DNA of 64,000 bases from Macrostomum hystrix (GCA_950097015.1 CATNEN010000010.1:1364001-1428000); one strand, 5' to 3'. Positions 1-12,842 are shown, numbered from the stretch's first letter. Translations and numbers: made by a program. The notes: generated by a model not told the origin, from the letters alone.

Positions 1-750
1 TCGGGTCGAAAGCAGGCAAAGAAGGAGAAATAAAAAATTAATTTTAATATATTATTTAGCTAGTTCCTAAGTTCTTACAAACTGTAGGTGTTGGAGTTGT
101 TTTACAGTATTTCATAGCACACTATGTTCAATAGAAATATTCATTCTAATTCAATTTGAATACAATATTCGAAAAATGGATTATGTATCTTTTTGGCTAA
201 ATTGCAGCCGAGAGACGTTAAAAAACTCGCTTTCAATATTAATGTCTATGGCACTTTAAGCCGACTATAGGATCCCTCAGCTGAGAATGATTCGACCATA
301 GACTAATGAATAGGGTAAAGCAAATGCTTAATCTGTACTCAATTATTCTATGTTGTGGATTCTTTTAATTTCAGTTGTCTTTTGTCGTGAAAGGTGTATT
401 TTGTGGCTTGTAAAATTAATTCCAAGCATGTAGGGTTAATAGAATTAATGTGCAATCAGTTTTTCTTTATTCGATGTTCGTACTTTCTGTCTGTATAGGG
501 GCTATCATGTTGGTCCCCAGCAAGGCGTGCCTCTGTTGCTTCTTGGTTTGATTTATTTGCTGTCATTTCTGTTATACTCTTCTATTGGCTCGAGAGGACT
601 CACTTGCTTTTGGTGTTTGGTTTATACAAATAAAAAGGTGAGATATTTGTGCAAGTTCATTCGTTAAGTCTGATTGTTATAAATGCAGCTTGTTTTGTTT
701 ATGCAGATTTATTGCATTTGCTGTGCTGCCTTAAATATTTTATTTTTATG

Positions 751-1050
751 GGTAGTATCGAGGGTTGAGGGGTAGAATCGAGGGTTGAGGGGTAGAATCG
801 AGGGTTGAGGGGTAGTATCGAGGGTTGACGGGTAGAATCGAGGGTTGAGGGGTAGAATCGAGGGTTGAGGATAGAATCGAGGGTTGAGGATAGAATCGAG
901 GGTTGAGGATAGAATCGAGGGTTGAGGATAGAATCGAGGGTTGAGGATAGAATCGAGGGTTGAGGATAGAATCGAGGGTTGAGGATAGAATCGAGGGTTG
1001 AGGATAGAATCGAGGTTTGAGTCGAGGGTTAAGGGTTAGAATCGAGGGTA
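751..1050. repeat. Minisatellite, 19-20 bp unit (GGGTAGAATCGAGGGTTGAG / GATAGAATCGAGGGTTGAG), ~15 copies
   Basis: Tandem units read directly; the unit shortens from 20 to 19 bp along the array. Confidence 0.95.
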
Positions 1051-1183
1051 TGAGGAGTACAAACTATAGATAAAGGGTAGACACGGGGAAAAGCTTATTG
1101 TGAGTACTGAATAATGAGGAAAATCTCATTGCTTGTTAATAAATGTGGAATCGCTGGTCTTTCAGCAGCCCAATCAGCACCCA

Positions 1184-2706
1184 ATGTCAGCTGCCTACCA
1201 GCAGCAGCAGCAAATGGCGGCAGCTGCTCAGCGCTTTCACCAGCAGCAGCAGCAGCAGCACTTGGGCCAGCAGCCCGCCCACATGCAATCCAGTGGACCG
1301 ATGTTCCATTTCGGCATGATTCCGCTTCATCATCAGCAGCAGCAGCAGACGCCGCCACTGCCGCAGCATTCTTCGCCGCATCATCAGCTGTCCCAGATGC
1401 AGCAGCCAAACCCGCCGGCACCTCCGATTCAGCAGCAGCAGCAGAAGGGTCGATCGCCGAACAAAATAAGCACCGTGCTCACCAATGTGCAGCGACGCAA
1501 TATACAGACTACTGCCCAGTTTGAGGTCAGAGAGCTGACACTGCACCAGCTGGCGGCTCAGGGCGAGCTCAACCTGCTGCAGGTGAGATGCTCAAGTTTT
1601 GGGGTTCTTGACTAATCTAGGATTGTGCTCACAGGTATAAATAGTGCACTTATTATAAAGTTATTTTTAAGTAGTTAACAATACCCACAGGCGATAAACA
1701 GGTACCCAGGTAGCATCCGCAAGTAGTTGTCAGTCACAGGTGGTACACACACCTAGTTGTCACGCACAGGTGGTACACACACCTAGTTGTCAGTCACAGG
1801 TGGTACACACACCTAGTTGTCACGCACAGGTGGTACACACACCTAGTTGTCAGTCACAGGTGGTACACACAGCTAGTTGTCAGTCACAGGTGGTACACAC
1901 AGCTAGTTGTCAGTCACAGGTGGTACACACACCTAGTTGTCAGTCACAGGTGGTACACACAACTAGTTGTCAGTCACAGGTAGAACACACAGCTAGTTGT
2001 CAGTCACAGGTGGTACACACAGCTAGTTGTCAGTCACAGGTGGTACACACACCTAGTTGTCAGTCACAGGTGGTACACACACCTAGTTGTCAGTCACAGG
2101 TGGTACACACAACTAGTTGTCAGTCACAGGTAGAACACACAGCTAGTTGTCAGTCACAGGTGGTACACACAGCTAGTTGTCAGTCACAGGTGGTACACAC
2201 AGCTAGTTGTCAGTCACAGGTGGTACACAGGTACTCAATTCGCCAATCCTCTCACTGCATAGGAGCGCATGAACCGGCCGGGCCTGGACCTGGACCAGCA
2301 GGACCAGAAGGGTTTCAGCCCACTGTTGTGGGCCTGCGCCAACGGCCAGACACCAACGGTTGAGCTGCTGCTCTACAAAGGTGCCTCGTTGAATCTAACG
2401 GCCGACAACGGCGAGAGCGGCCTCCTGCTGGCAGCCTGCCACGGCCACTCCGATATTGTTGAGCACCTGCTTCGCGCCGGAGCCGATGTTAACCAGAGCG
2501 ACGAGTTGTATAACACGGCTCTGATGTACGCCGCCTATAACAATCACTCGGACTGCGTGTCCAAGCTGTTGCGCTGGGGTGCGGATTTTTACGCTGAGAA
2601 TGCAGACGGCCTCACCGCCTACGTGCTTTGCACTAGGAAGGGCGCCAGGCAGTCTCAACTGGCCATGGAGGAGCATCTGCTCAGGCTGCTGACCAATCAG
2701 GGTTGA
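1184..2706 (+). CDS. ANKRA2/RFXANK: ANKRA2/RFXANK-family ankyrin repeat protein, ~280 aa; exons 1184-1582 and 2263-2706
   Basis: Q-rich N-terminus, then STVLTNVQRRN and LTLHQLAAQGEL, then ankyrin repeats (GFSPLLWACANG, GESGLLLAACHGH, NTALMYAAYNNH). Phase-0 junction CAG|GTGAG ... CATAG|GAG. N-terminus may begin at the acceptor at 1165/1166. Confidence 0.85.
1724..2230. repeat. Intronic minisatellite, 30-bp unit (CTAGTTGTCAGTCACAGGTGGTACACACAC), ~17 copies
   Basis: Period 30 read directly; lies in the ankyrin gene intron. Confidence 0.95.
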
Positions 2707-3188
2707 CCTCGATCCTCGATCGCTTGCTGTCTGCACTATTTGCGTGCTCGGTCTTTTAACTCTTCTACTTATAGTAGTGCTATATGCGTTTGCAGCAAGT
2801 ATTTTTTCTTTTTTTAATTCTACTATGCAACTTTTTTATTTGCCTCGCATTGTAACGCATTGCTTCAAGAAAATCACAGGCAAATTTTTTTCAAATTCTG
2901 CTAGCATTTGAATGTCAAATAAGTTTTTTACAATTTCAGCGTTCATTCTCTGTGCAGTTAATTATTAATATAAACTGCCAGGCTACTCTATGCTTTTGTC
3001 AATTTTTAGAAAAATAAATGAAATTTAAATTTGTGTGCAAATTTGATTATTTAGGCGTGATAGGCCAAGTTAAAGATTAGCATCTGGGTCTGTGGACTCT
3101 CAGGTTGATGGAAAGTGTTTTATTCTCACCTGCTCATAGTTTACTATACTATATTAGGCATTTCTAACCTTTCAGCAGACCATCCGGT

Positions 3189-6183
3189 ATGCTGTGGTAC
3201 CTGGCCCTGGACTCAGGCCGCTGCCTCTACCTGCCGCCCATGGACCAGACCTCCAGCCGAGCGACCCTGGGCCGACTTAAGAGTAAAGTGCAGCTGCACC
3301 TGGACTGCAAGTCCATCAGCCGGGTGCACGCCGAGTTTCGGCCTGGCGCCGATTCGGACTCACTTATCCTGGCCGACTTGCAAAGCCGCTACGGCACCCG
3401 GGTGAACGGCCGCAACGCTGGTGCAGAAGGGCTTCCTGTCAGGTGAGTGTGTGTACTGCCGTCATTGCCAGACCCAATGAGCAGAATACACGGCCGTCAT
3501 TTTTGCATCTTATGAGCAGAATACACGCCTGTCATTGTTGCATCTTATGAGCAGAATACACGGCCATCATTGTTGCATCTTATGAGCAGAATACACGGCC
3601 GTCATTTTTGCATCTTATGAGCAGAATACACGGCCGTCATTGTTGCATCTTATGAGCAGAATACACGCCTCTCATTGTTGCATCTTATGAGCAGAATACA
3701 CGGCCGTCATTTTTGCATCTTATGAGCAGAATACACGGCCGTCATTGTTGCATCTTATGAGCAGAATACACGGCCGTCATTGTTGCATCTTATGAGCAGA
3801 ATACACGGCCGTCATTGTTGCATCTTATGAGCAGAATACACGGCCGTCATTTTTGCATCTTATGAGCAGAATACACGGCCGTCATTGTTGCATCTTATGA
3901 GCAGAATACACGGCCGTCATTGTTGCATCTTATGAGCAGAATACACGCCTGTCATTGTTGCATCTTATGAGTAGAATACACGGCCGTCATTGTTGCATCT
4001 TATGAGCAGAATACATGGCCGTCATTGTTGCATCTCATGAGCAGAATACACGGCCGTCATTGTTGAATCTGCCTTCACTGTAGGCTCTACTTCAGTACAG
4101 TGCCTTTTTAGTAAAATCTCACGAGCTGCGTTACGAGTGCATGCGCTTGAATATGAAATCCAATTCAATGTTAGCATCAACTGAATCCTATATTCACAGG
4201 CCCGGAGATCAGCTAGAGTTCGGGGACTCCGATCCTACCCTGGGCGCCATCTGCCGCCTCAGCCGGCAGGGCCTTCGAGTCTGCTTCTCGGCTCTCAGCG
4301 AGGCCGGCCGCCAGGCAGCGACGTCCGCAGTGCAGCGACTCGGCGGCTGCGTAGTTAACGATGCCAACGATGCGCCCGACCTGCTGGTCATGCCCCGGCT
4401 GACGGTCACAGCCAAGCTGGTGCTGGGCCTGCTGCACCAGGCCGCTCCCGTGCTGCCCGATTTCCTCACCGAGCTGGCTGCCGCTGTCCAAGCCGGCCGG
4501 CCGCCGCAAGCTCCCGAGCAGCACCGACCGGCAGTCGCTGACACCGCGCTGCGTTCCGGAACTCTGGCCTCCAGTGTCGACTACGGACCTCGGCCAGAAC
4601 GGCGCCGCCTCCTGGCCGGCCAGCGTTGCTGCTTCCTGCAGGCCGACGATGTCGGCCGATATCGCGACATTGTCCGGGCGGCCGGCGGCAGCGCCTTGGC
4701 AGCCAACTCGGAGCAGGCGCTGCGCATCGCCGGGCTGCAGCCATCAGATCTGGCCTTGGACAACTTCCTGGTTGTCCAGCGGGCCAACGGGCGCCCCGAG
4801 GCCGCCGCTTCGGAGTCCGAATGGACCAGTCGAGTCTACGGACTGCTCCGCGGCGCCAGCCGGCGGGTCGTCTACGAGCTAGAGATCTGCTGGGCCGTGC
4901 TGGCCTGCCGCGTAGACATCGTGTGCAACCCGAGCGCTCCTTGCGACACCCAGCTGCTGTTTAGCATGGGGCCGTCCGCGTCGGACGCTTCATCAGCCGC
5001 ACAGTTCAGCCAGGCGTCCTTGAGGACAGCAGCTACTAACCAGCAGCAGCCGAGGAAGCGCCCTTCGATATTTATTGAAGCTGAGGACAGCGCCGACTGC
5101 GGCCAGCCAGAGAAGCGTCGGCCCCGACTGTCGGAGGCGCCTTCAACTGTAGGCAGCGTGGGCTCCCGGACTGCTACGACCGGCGGCGGCATTTTGGCCC
5201 TGTTCGCCGACGACAGCTCCGCTGCCGAATCACCACAAACGTCTCCGGCGCCAGCGCCGCCGACAAAGCGCCTGCTGTGTAGCCAGTCGCCTTCGCCGAA
5301 GAAGCCGGCCGAGTCGCCAGTGAAAATGAAGTCAGCGACCCGCGCAGCCAATCCTGAAAATGCCAAACGTCGCAATGCTGAGCCTCCCGAAGCTGCAACG
5401 CAGCCGAAGCGTCAGGCCAGCATGCTGCAGTTCGTCAGCAAACCTCCTTCGCCTACGAAGCCCTTGACAGCGCCGAAGGCCACGCCCGCGCCAACCGCAG
5501 CGCCGTTGTTGGCGCCTAAACTGGAGCCCGCAGTTCCCGAGCCCAAGAAGGGGCCGGCTCTGGCGCCGCTGTCCGAAGTAAAGACAAACATCCGACCGGT
5601 ACCCGCCTTCCCACCAGCCGAGAAAGTTCCCGGCAAGCCCGCTGCTCCAGACCTCACCCTGGCCGAGGTCTTCCCCATAGCCGAGGAGTCTCGCTACATG
5701 CGCGTCAATCGGCGGCCGCTGCTGTCGTCGGCGATCCGCCCGAAGCCGGCTGGCCCTGTGCCCAGCTCTCGGCCGCCGGCTGAAAGCGGGCCCAGTCAGG
5801 TCGTGTGGCGCGGCCGCCTGGTCCCCAACTTCAAGCGCTTCGTGTCCAAGGCCAGCCAGCAGCTACTGGCCTCCCAAAGCTCGGGTTCTTCCTCTACTCA
5901 GCCAGACCAACCTCGAGCTCCTCTGGTTACTCGCTTTGTTGTCCGCAACCTGGGCAGCGGCGGTGGCGTCTCGCTTAGCAGCAGCCCTGCCGCCGCTGCG
6001 GCTGCTGATGCCGGCAGCAATGCCAAAGTCGGGGAAGATCTTGGCTTCGATATGAGCGACCAGGACGAGCCAGTCGCTCGGAATCAAATAGATAGTCGAC
6101 GGGTGGGCGGCATCGGCGGCTTTCAGACCTCCAGCGAGAGCGCCTCCCAGGCGGATCGCCTGTTTGACGATCTGTTCACGTGA
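3189..6183 (+). CDS. NBN: Nibrin (NBS1), ~745 aa; exons 3189-3442 and 4200-6183
   Basis: FHA domain (SISRVHAE...SRYGTRVNG...PGDQLEFG), tandem BRCT-like region, Mre11-binding-like NFKRFVSK, C-terminal ADRLFDDLF resembling the ATM-recruiting motif. Phase-2 junction AG|GTGAGT ... CACAG|G restores the frame. Confidence 0.88.
3477..4065. repeat. Intronic minisatellite, 35-bp unit (ATGAGCAGAATACACGGCCGTCATTGTTGCATCTT), ~17 copies
   Basis: Period 35 read directly; lies in the NBS1 intron. Confidence 0.95.
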
Positions 6184-6594
6184 TTCATTAGCTTTGTGTC
6201 TATCTAACAAATCTGTTTGTTACCACATTTTAAATGTTTGCAAATTATTCTTACTTTCTGAATTTGTTCTTAGTTTTTTTCTAAACTAACCTGGTTCTGC
6301 ATTTTCAGTTTGCACAGTTTGTATGTCTCAGCTGTTAAGCTGTTGCCTCTGTTTTCTCTGTTTAGTGCGATTACCATTTTTAAATCAGCAATGCTATTCC
6401 GTTGCTGTGAATTTAGCATTTGCAAATTTTCTGCTTCCCGCATTCTGGTTTATTTATTCTAACAAAATTCTACAACAGCCGGCGATTGTTGGCTTTCTAG
6501 AGAAGCTGCTTTTCTATAAGTACCGTGTTGGTTTGTTTATTAGTTTTTTCAATCAGTCATTTGCTCAGAATCTTTTACTATACGAGTGACTCAT

Positions 6595-7390
6595 ACTAAA
6601 CTAAGCCCACCAATCCACTGGACTAAGCCCACCAATCCACTGGACTAAGCCCACCAATCCACTGGACTAAGCCCACCAATCCACTGGACTAAGCCCACCA
6701 ATCCACTGGACTAAGCCACCAATCCACCATACTAAGCCCACCAATCCACTGGACTAAGCCCACCAATCCACTGGACTAAGCCCACCAATCCACTGGACTA
6801 AGCCCACCAATCCACCGGACTAAGCCCACCAATCCACTGGACTAAGCCCACCAATCCACTGGACTAAGCCCACCAATCCACTGGACTAAGCCCACCAATC
6901 CACCGGACTAAGCCCACCAATCCACTGGACTAAGCCCACCAATCCACTGGACTAAGCCCACCAATCCACTGGACTAAGCCACCAATCCACTGGACTAAGC
7001 CCACCAATCCACCATACTAAGCCCACCAATCCACTGGACTAAGCCCACCAATCCACTGGACTAAGCCCACCAATCCACCATACTAAGCCCACCAATCCAC
7101 TGGACTAAGCCACCAATCCACTGGACTAAGCCCACCAATCCACCATACTAAGCCCACCAATCCACTGGACTAAGCCACCAATCCACTGGACTAAGCCACC
7201 AATCCACTGGACTAAGCCCACCAATCCACCAGACTAAGCTAACCAATCCACCAGACTAAGCCCACCAATCCACCAGACTAAGCCCACCAATCTACTGGAC
7301 TAAGCCCACCAATCCACTGGACTAAGCCAACCAATCTAGTGAACTAAGCCAACCACTCCACCAGACTAAGCCACCAAGCCACCAGACCAA
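6595..7390. repeat. Minisatellite, 22-bp unit (ACTAAGCCCACCAATCCACTGG), ~36 copies
   Basis: Period 22 with 21-bp variants; ends ~30 bp before the first recognisable DDX54 exon. Confidence 0.95.
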
Positions 7391-7417
7391 ACCCTACAAC
7401 CTTCCGTTACACCGCAG

Positions 7418-10400
7418 CCGACCGCAGTCAGCGAAGACGCCGCCCTGTCGGCTGAGCGCGCCGAGTCGCGGGACGCCATCGCCAGCCGGAACCGGAAGCA
7501 GCGCAAGTCGGGCGGCTTCCAGTCGCTGGGCCTGTCGCCGGCTGTCTACAAGGGCATTGTGCGCAAAGGCTACCGGGTGCCAACGCCCATCCAACGCAAG
7601 ACCATGCCTCACATCCTGGCCGGCCGTGACGTGGTCGCCATGGCCCGCACCGGGTCTGGCAAGACCGCCGCCTTCCTGGTGCCCCTGCTGGAACGGCTCC
7701 GCGCCCACCAGTGCAACGGCGCCCGCGCCCTTGTGCTCAGCCCCACCAGGGAGCTGGCTCTGCAAACTCTTGACTTTTGCCGCGCTTTGGGCCGCTTCAC
7801 CGACCTGACGGTGGCGCTGGTGCTTGGCGGCGACAGCATGGAGAGACAGTTCAGTGCCTTGCACAGCAACCCTGATATTGTTGTGGCCTGTCCGGGCCGC
7901 CTGCTGCATCTGCTTACCGAGATGGACGCCAAGTGAGAATCCTTATTCCATGTTCCACAGTGAGACTCCAGGCACAGTGAGACTCCAGGCACAGTGAGAC
8001 TCCAGGCACAGTGAGACTCCAGGCACAGTGAGACTCCAGGCACAGTGAGAGTCCAGGCACAGTGAGACTCCAGGCACAGTGAGAGTCCAGGCACAGTGAG
8101 ACTCCAGGCACAGTGAGAGTCCAGGCACAGTGAGAGTCCAGGCACAGTGAGAGTCCAGGCACAGTGAGAGTCCAGGCACAGTGTGAGTGTACACTGGCTG
8201 ACAATGCTAAATTCAGGGCAGTTGTGAGTCTGTGCCTGTGGACAGTATCAGTGTGCGCGTATGCTCAGGAGTCAGCGGAATCGACAGACCATCCTCGACA
8301 GACCATTCAACATATGTGCTCCCCACCCAACCATCGCATCAGGCTGAGCCAGGTGGAGTTCCTGGTGCTGGACGAGTGCGACCGCCTATTCGAGCTGGGC
8401 TTTCAGGAGCAGCTTCAGCTGCTGCTCAGTCGGCTGCCAACGCAGCGCCAGACCCTGCTGTTCAGCGCCACCCTCCCGCAGTCCGTTGCCGAATTCGCCC
8501 GAGCCGGACTCTCCGATCCGCTGCTGGTGCGGCTCGATGTTGACGCGAAACTCTCCGACCAGCTGACCGCCAGCTTCTTGCTGTGCCGCGACGAGGACAA
8601 ACTGCCAGTCCTGCTGCACCTGCTGCACACCGCGCTGAAGGGTCAGGAGCTCACCATTGTGTTTGTGGCCACCAAGCATCATGTGGAGTGGCTGTACCAG
8701 GTGAGTCCATAATAATAGTAATTGCAGGAGTGCTGTGGGTACTGGCACAGCACTTGCTGACAGTAGACCCGCAGCCAGAGTGGAGGCATTCTGCACATTT
8801 CGCTGACTCCTGAGCACACACTCACTTTATACTGTATGCAGGCATATACTTACTCAGGTGTGTACATCTGCCCTGACTTTCTCATCTTCAGGCAGTGTAC
8901 ACTTTCACTGTGCCTTGAAGGTTGGCCCTCAGGGCTTAAATACTCGTAGCACGAAAACCCCCCAAGCCTTCTCTCCGCGGCCGAATGAATATGACCTCGC
9001 CAGAGCTTAGGGACCTGGGTGCGAGAGTCGAACGCATTAAACCGCTCAGCCACACCCCCTCCCAGGTGAGTACAAGTTTTTGTTTTGTTAAAGTAGCGAT
9101 TTGTTCAACTGCGAACTAAGAATGCGAGTCGCATTCAAAATCGGATCCACTCAAGTCCACTGCTGCCTCTCTATTTCCCATTATCTTTATGCCCTTTTGT
9201 TTTTCCTCCCTTTTTCCATCTATTTTCCCCTCCCTTCTCCCCTCCTTTTTCCCTCCTTCTCTCCTTGTTTCTCCCTTGCTTCAATTTGTCATCGTCGTAT
9301 ACGCCTGCAGGTGCTGTCTCAAGACCCCAGCATCTCGGCCACCTACCTGTACTCCTCCTTGGACCCGGCTGCTCGCCGCTTGCATGCAGCCAACTTCCGC
9401 TCCGGCGAGCGACACGTCCTGGTCACCACTGACTTGGCCGCGCGTGGCCTGGACCTGCCTCGCCTAAACAACGTTGTTAATTTCCACTTCCCGCCTCGGG
9501 AGAAACTGTTCGTCCACCGGGTTGGCCGCGTGGCCCGCGCAGGTCGTCCCGGCCGCGCCGTGTCGCTGCTGGCTCCGGACGAACTGCCGCACCTGTTCGA
9601 CCTGGAGCTGTTTCTCGGCGCTAGGCGACTTCGCTTCCTGACGGCGGCCGAGCCGTCGCCTGGACCAGACGAGCCAGGGGACTTTGTTGGCAGCGTGCCA
9701 ACTGCCGCCGTCGAGGAGTACGCGGACTGGTGCCGGCATCGGCACGACACCAGCGTCGACCTGCGCACTCAGCTGGACTGCGCCAAGCGGGCCATGGCGC
9801 ACTACCTTCGGTCGCGTCCGGGCGCCAGCCGGGAGGCCGTGGCCAAGTGCAAGGAGGCCCGGCGGACCGGCCGGCTGGACCTGCAGCCGCATCCTATGTT
9901 TGCCGGGCTGGCCACCGCCAAGGATGACGTGCTCAAGCAGATCAGGTACGTCATGATGAGTGTCTGGCTGTGTCAGGATGAGTGTCTCTGGCTGTGTCAG
10001 GATGAGTGTCTCTGGCTGTGTCAGGATGAGTGTCTCTGGCTGTGTCATGATGAGTGTCTCTGGCTGTGTCAGGATGAGTGTCTCTGGCTGTGTCAGGATG
10101 AGTGTCTCTGGCTGTGTCATGATGAGTGTCTCTGGCTGTGTCATGATGAGTGTCTCTGGCTGTGTCAGGATGAGTGTCTCTGGCTGTGTCAGGATGAGTG
10201 TCTCTGGCTGTGTCATGATGAGTGTCTCTGGCTGTGTCAGGATGAGTGTCTCTGGCTGTGTCATGATGAGTGTCTCTGGCTGTGTCAGGATGAGTGTCTC
10301 TGGCTGTGTCAGGATGAGTGTCTCTGGCTGTGTCATGATGAGTGTCTCTGGCTGTGTCAGGATGAGTGTCTCTGGCTGTGTCAGGATGAGTGTCTCTGGC

Positions 10401-11598
10401 TGTGTCAGGATGAGTATCTCTGGCTGTGTCAGGATGAGTGTCTCTGGCTGTGTTAGGATGAGTGTCTCTGGCTGTGTCATGATGAGTGTCTCTGGCTGTG
10501 TCAGGATGAGTGTCTGGCAGTGTCAGGATGAGTGTCTGGCAGTGTCAGGATGAGTGTCTGGCAGTGTCAGGATGAGTGTCTGGCAGTGTCATGAATTTCA
10601 AGTATGTAATAACACCCAAAATCTCCCTACCTGCTTCTCCGGTCTTAATCACCTGTCAGGGCCTACCGCGCTAGAGCCACTGTGTTTGAGACCAAGAATG
10701 CGCCTTCCTCAGTGTCAGAGGTCATGCAGAAGTTCCGACAGAAGAATCGAAAAGTCATTGAAAAGGTGAGAAACCTTAAGAAATCAAAAGGTGTCCCCTA
10801 TTTGTACTAATTCCGTTTTCTTTCAACTCTGTTTTATTCCAGGCCAAATCGCAGAAGCGGCCAACCGGCTGGCTTGAGGCCGCTCTCCGCGGCGGCGTCG
10901 GCGCCACCTCCGAGACGGCCGAAGTTGACAGCGCCGGCGATATTAAATCCGGTCCGCCGTCGTCGCGGTCGTCCAGCTTCTTCATGCCCTACACTCGGGA
11001 CGAGGCCACGACCGCCACGGAGCGCGGCCTGGCGATGGATCTGCAGCGACACAGCATGGATATTCTGGCTGACGAGACCGACCAGATGCGCCGCAGCCGG
11101 ACACCCGGCGCCTCCGGCCGAGTGTGGGATCGCAAGCGCAAGAAGTTCGTATCGGCCGACGCAGCCGGCCCGTCGGCTGCTAAGCGGCTGATGGTGCGTA
11201 CGGAGAGCGGCCAGCTAGTACCAGCCTCCTACAAGACGGATCGGTACGCCAAGTGGCGCAAGCGGAATCCCAATCTGGACGGCCAGGCGGAGGCGCTGGC
11301 CGACGGAGCGCACGAGGATGAAGACGATGATGGCGAGGGCAAAGGAAAACGGCGCGGTGGTGGCAGCGGCGGCCGAGGAATTCGCGTTCTGGGCCTTCAG
11401 CGCAAGCGGCACGGCCCCACTGCGGCTGCTGCCGCTGCCGCATCCTCCGCGGGTCGTGTCGGTGTCGGCCAGGCCAAGGCCGCCGGCAAGGAGCGCAAGA
11501 GCTTAGAGCAGATTGTGAAGGCGCGTCACGTGCGCGAGCGGAACAAGCTAAACAATCGGAAGGGCGGCAAGCGGAAGGGTGGTGGGCGCAAGGCCTGA
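7418..11598 (+). CDS. DDX54: DEAD-box RNA helicase DDX54/DBP10; exons 7418-7932, 8343-8700, 9311-9945, 10660-10765, 10843-11598; start codon unresolved
   Basis: Q motif (GGFQSLGL...PTPIQ), [40 protein letters not shown]10CT-like WDRKRKKFV...[19 protein letters not shown]. All four GT-AG junctions are phase-compatible. Confidence 0.92.
7957..8185. repeat. Intronic minisatellite, 17-bp unit (ACAGTGAGA[C/G]TCCAGGC), ~13 copies
   Basis: Period 17 read directly; DDX54 intron 1. Confidence 0.93.
8853..9062 (-). mobile_element. tRNA-derived SINE, family B, in DDX54 intron 2
   Basis: Minus strand starts GGGGTGTGGCTGAGCGGTTTAATGCG (A-box-like). Shares CCGCGGAGAGAAGGCTTG and the tail GTACACTGCCTGA..GATGAGAAAGTCAGGGCAGATGTACACACCTG with the copy at 45283. 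Confidence 0.7.
9951..10590. repeat. Intronic minisatellite, 24-bp unit (GATGAGTGTCTCTGGCTGTGTCAG) with 22-bp variants at the end, ~27 copies
   Basis: Begins a few bases after the DDX54 intron 3 donor; produces spurious WLCQDECL ORFs. Confidence 0.95.
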
Positions 11599-11799
11599 TG
11601 ACGCAACTTGCTCACCGCCTGCCATGTGCGATGTCTGCTGATTTGCTAAATATATTTTACAAGATCGGACTGTAGTTTTGCGCACTGGAGTTTTGAAAAA
11701 CAGCTTTTTGGCTGCGCTGACGTGCGCTGTGCATTCTTTGTAAATCTGAAAAGATAATTATTGCGTCTTTTTGTGCTTTGGCTCAGTTTTAAAAGCTTC

Positions 11800-12112
11800 G
11801 AGCAAGTTGTAGCCTAGTGGTTAGAGCGCCGGACTCACAACTTGAAGGTCGGGGGTTCGATTCCTGTCTCCACTGGAACAATTTGTGTCCTTTAGCAAGA
11901 CACTTAACTGAGCATTGCTTCAGTTTACCCAGCTCTTAAATAGTGCCAGCATTCGCTGGGGTAACTGAGGGTGGGTGTGGCCTCCGCCCCAGTCCATGGA
12001 CCGAACAGCCGTACGCAGACTTTCAGATGCGCCGCGCAATAGCTGCGGCTGTGCTGTCACATCTGGCCTGATGGGGCAGGTGTGATCAGTTATTATTATT
12101 ATTTATTATTAT
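11800..12112 (+). mobile_element. tRNA-derived SINE, family A (CORE-like central domain, (TTA)n tail)
   Basis: A box TAGCCTAGTGG, B box GGTTCGATTCC, central TGTGTCCTTTAGCAAGACACTTAAC resembling the CORE domain, simple-repeat tail; homologous copies at 27743 and 18360. Confidence 0.8.
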
Positions 12113-12842
12113 TAGAAGTGCATGCTTCGAGAGCTCACTATAAAAATAGGCTCATATGCGACGCATTCATCTTATTACGGAGTCTGGACGCGTGGAGAGA
12201 AAGCAAGACGATCGCCATGGAGCAGGGGACTGTCGGTGCGCTCGCACTTGCTTTGTTCCGGCTGGATCCAGTTATCCGCGTACTTTCGCGCCTGCCATCC
12301 CCTTGTAATTTCTACAGCCACGGTGGCCTCCATTGAATTAGAGTAATGCAATCGCCTGACTCACAATCGCGAAATTTCCCAGCGTCATCCTCTGGCCACC
12401 GTGGAGCGTGACCATTGTGCGTGTGTTTTACCCCAAAACTGTTGCCCTGCCATTGCACAATACTTCGTCACCGATCGATTTGCTGGCTGGCTTCCCTGGA
12501 AAACTTATTAGTTCTCTCTCCTTCGGAGTACCACACGTGATGGGCCTCAGTGTACAGGTCTGACTGTTGAGGGAAAAGTGTCTCCATTGTGCATGTAGGC
12601 TGGGATGAAATGTACTTTTCTTCTTCAGCCAGGCCCAGCGGCTCTGAAAATCCTCTCTGCCCTCAGGCACATCACTCTCCGCGGCATTCCGTTGCCATTG
12701 ACAACCGCTGCTTCTCTCACTCCCTTCTCTGGCACTGCTGGGGACTATTTATTGGAGCCGCCCACCGCGTGATCCTCTCCTCAGTCCCCTTGTCTCTCGC
12801 CAAGTACTGACAGAACTGTCTCCCGCCGCGAAATAAGCGAGA

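Noticed and set aside
4209-6210. Multiple antisense ORFs over NBS1 and other GC-rich exons
   Set aside because: Expected shadow ORFs of high-GC coding sequence.
6323-6589. 88-aa ORF as the missing first DDX54 exon
   Set aside because: AT-rich and UTR-like; its best donor (GA|GTGACT) is phase 2 and fits neither acceptor at 7417 (phase 0) nor 7427 (phase 1).
9946-10553. Cys/Trp repeat protein (WLCQDECL)n and similar ORFs at 1740, 7914, 13695, 25871, 27298 and 40379
   Set aside because: These are translations of stop-free minisatellite units; flanking exons splice cleanly around them.
11803-11875. tRNA-Val(CAC) gene
   Set aside because: The tRNA-like head continues into a CORE-like body and simple-repeat tail shared with other dispersed copies, and the acceptor stem is poor. 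It is a SINE head.
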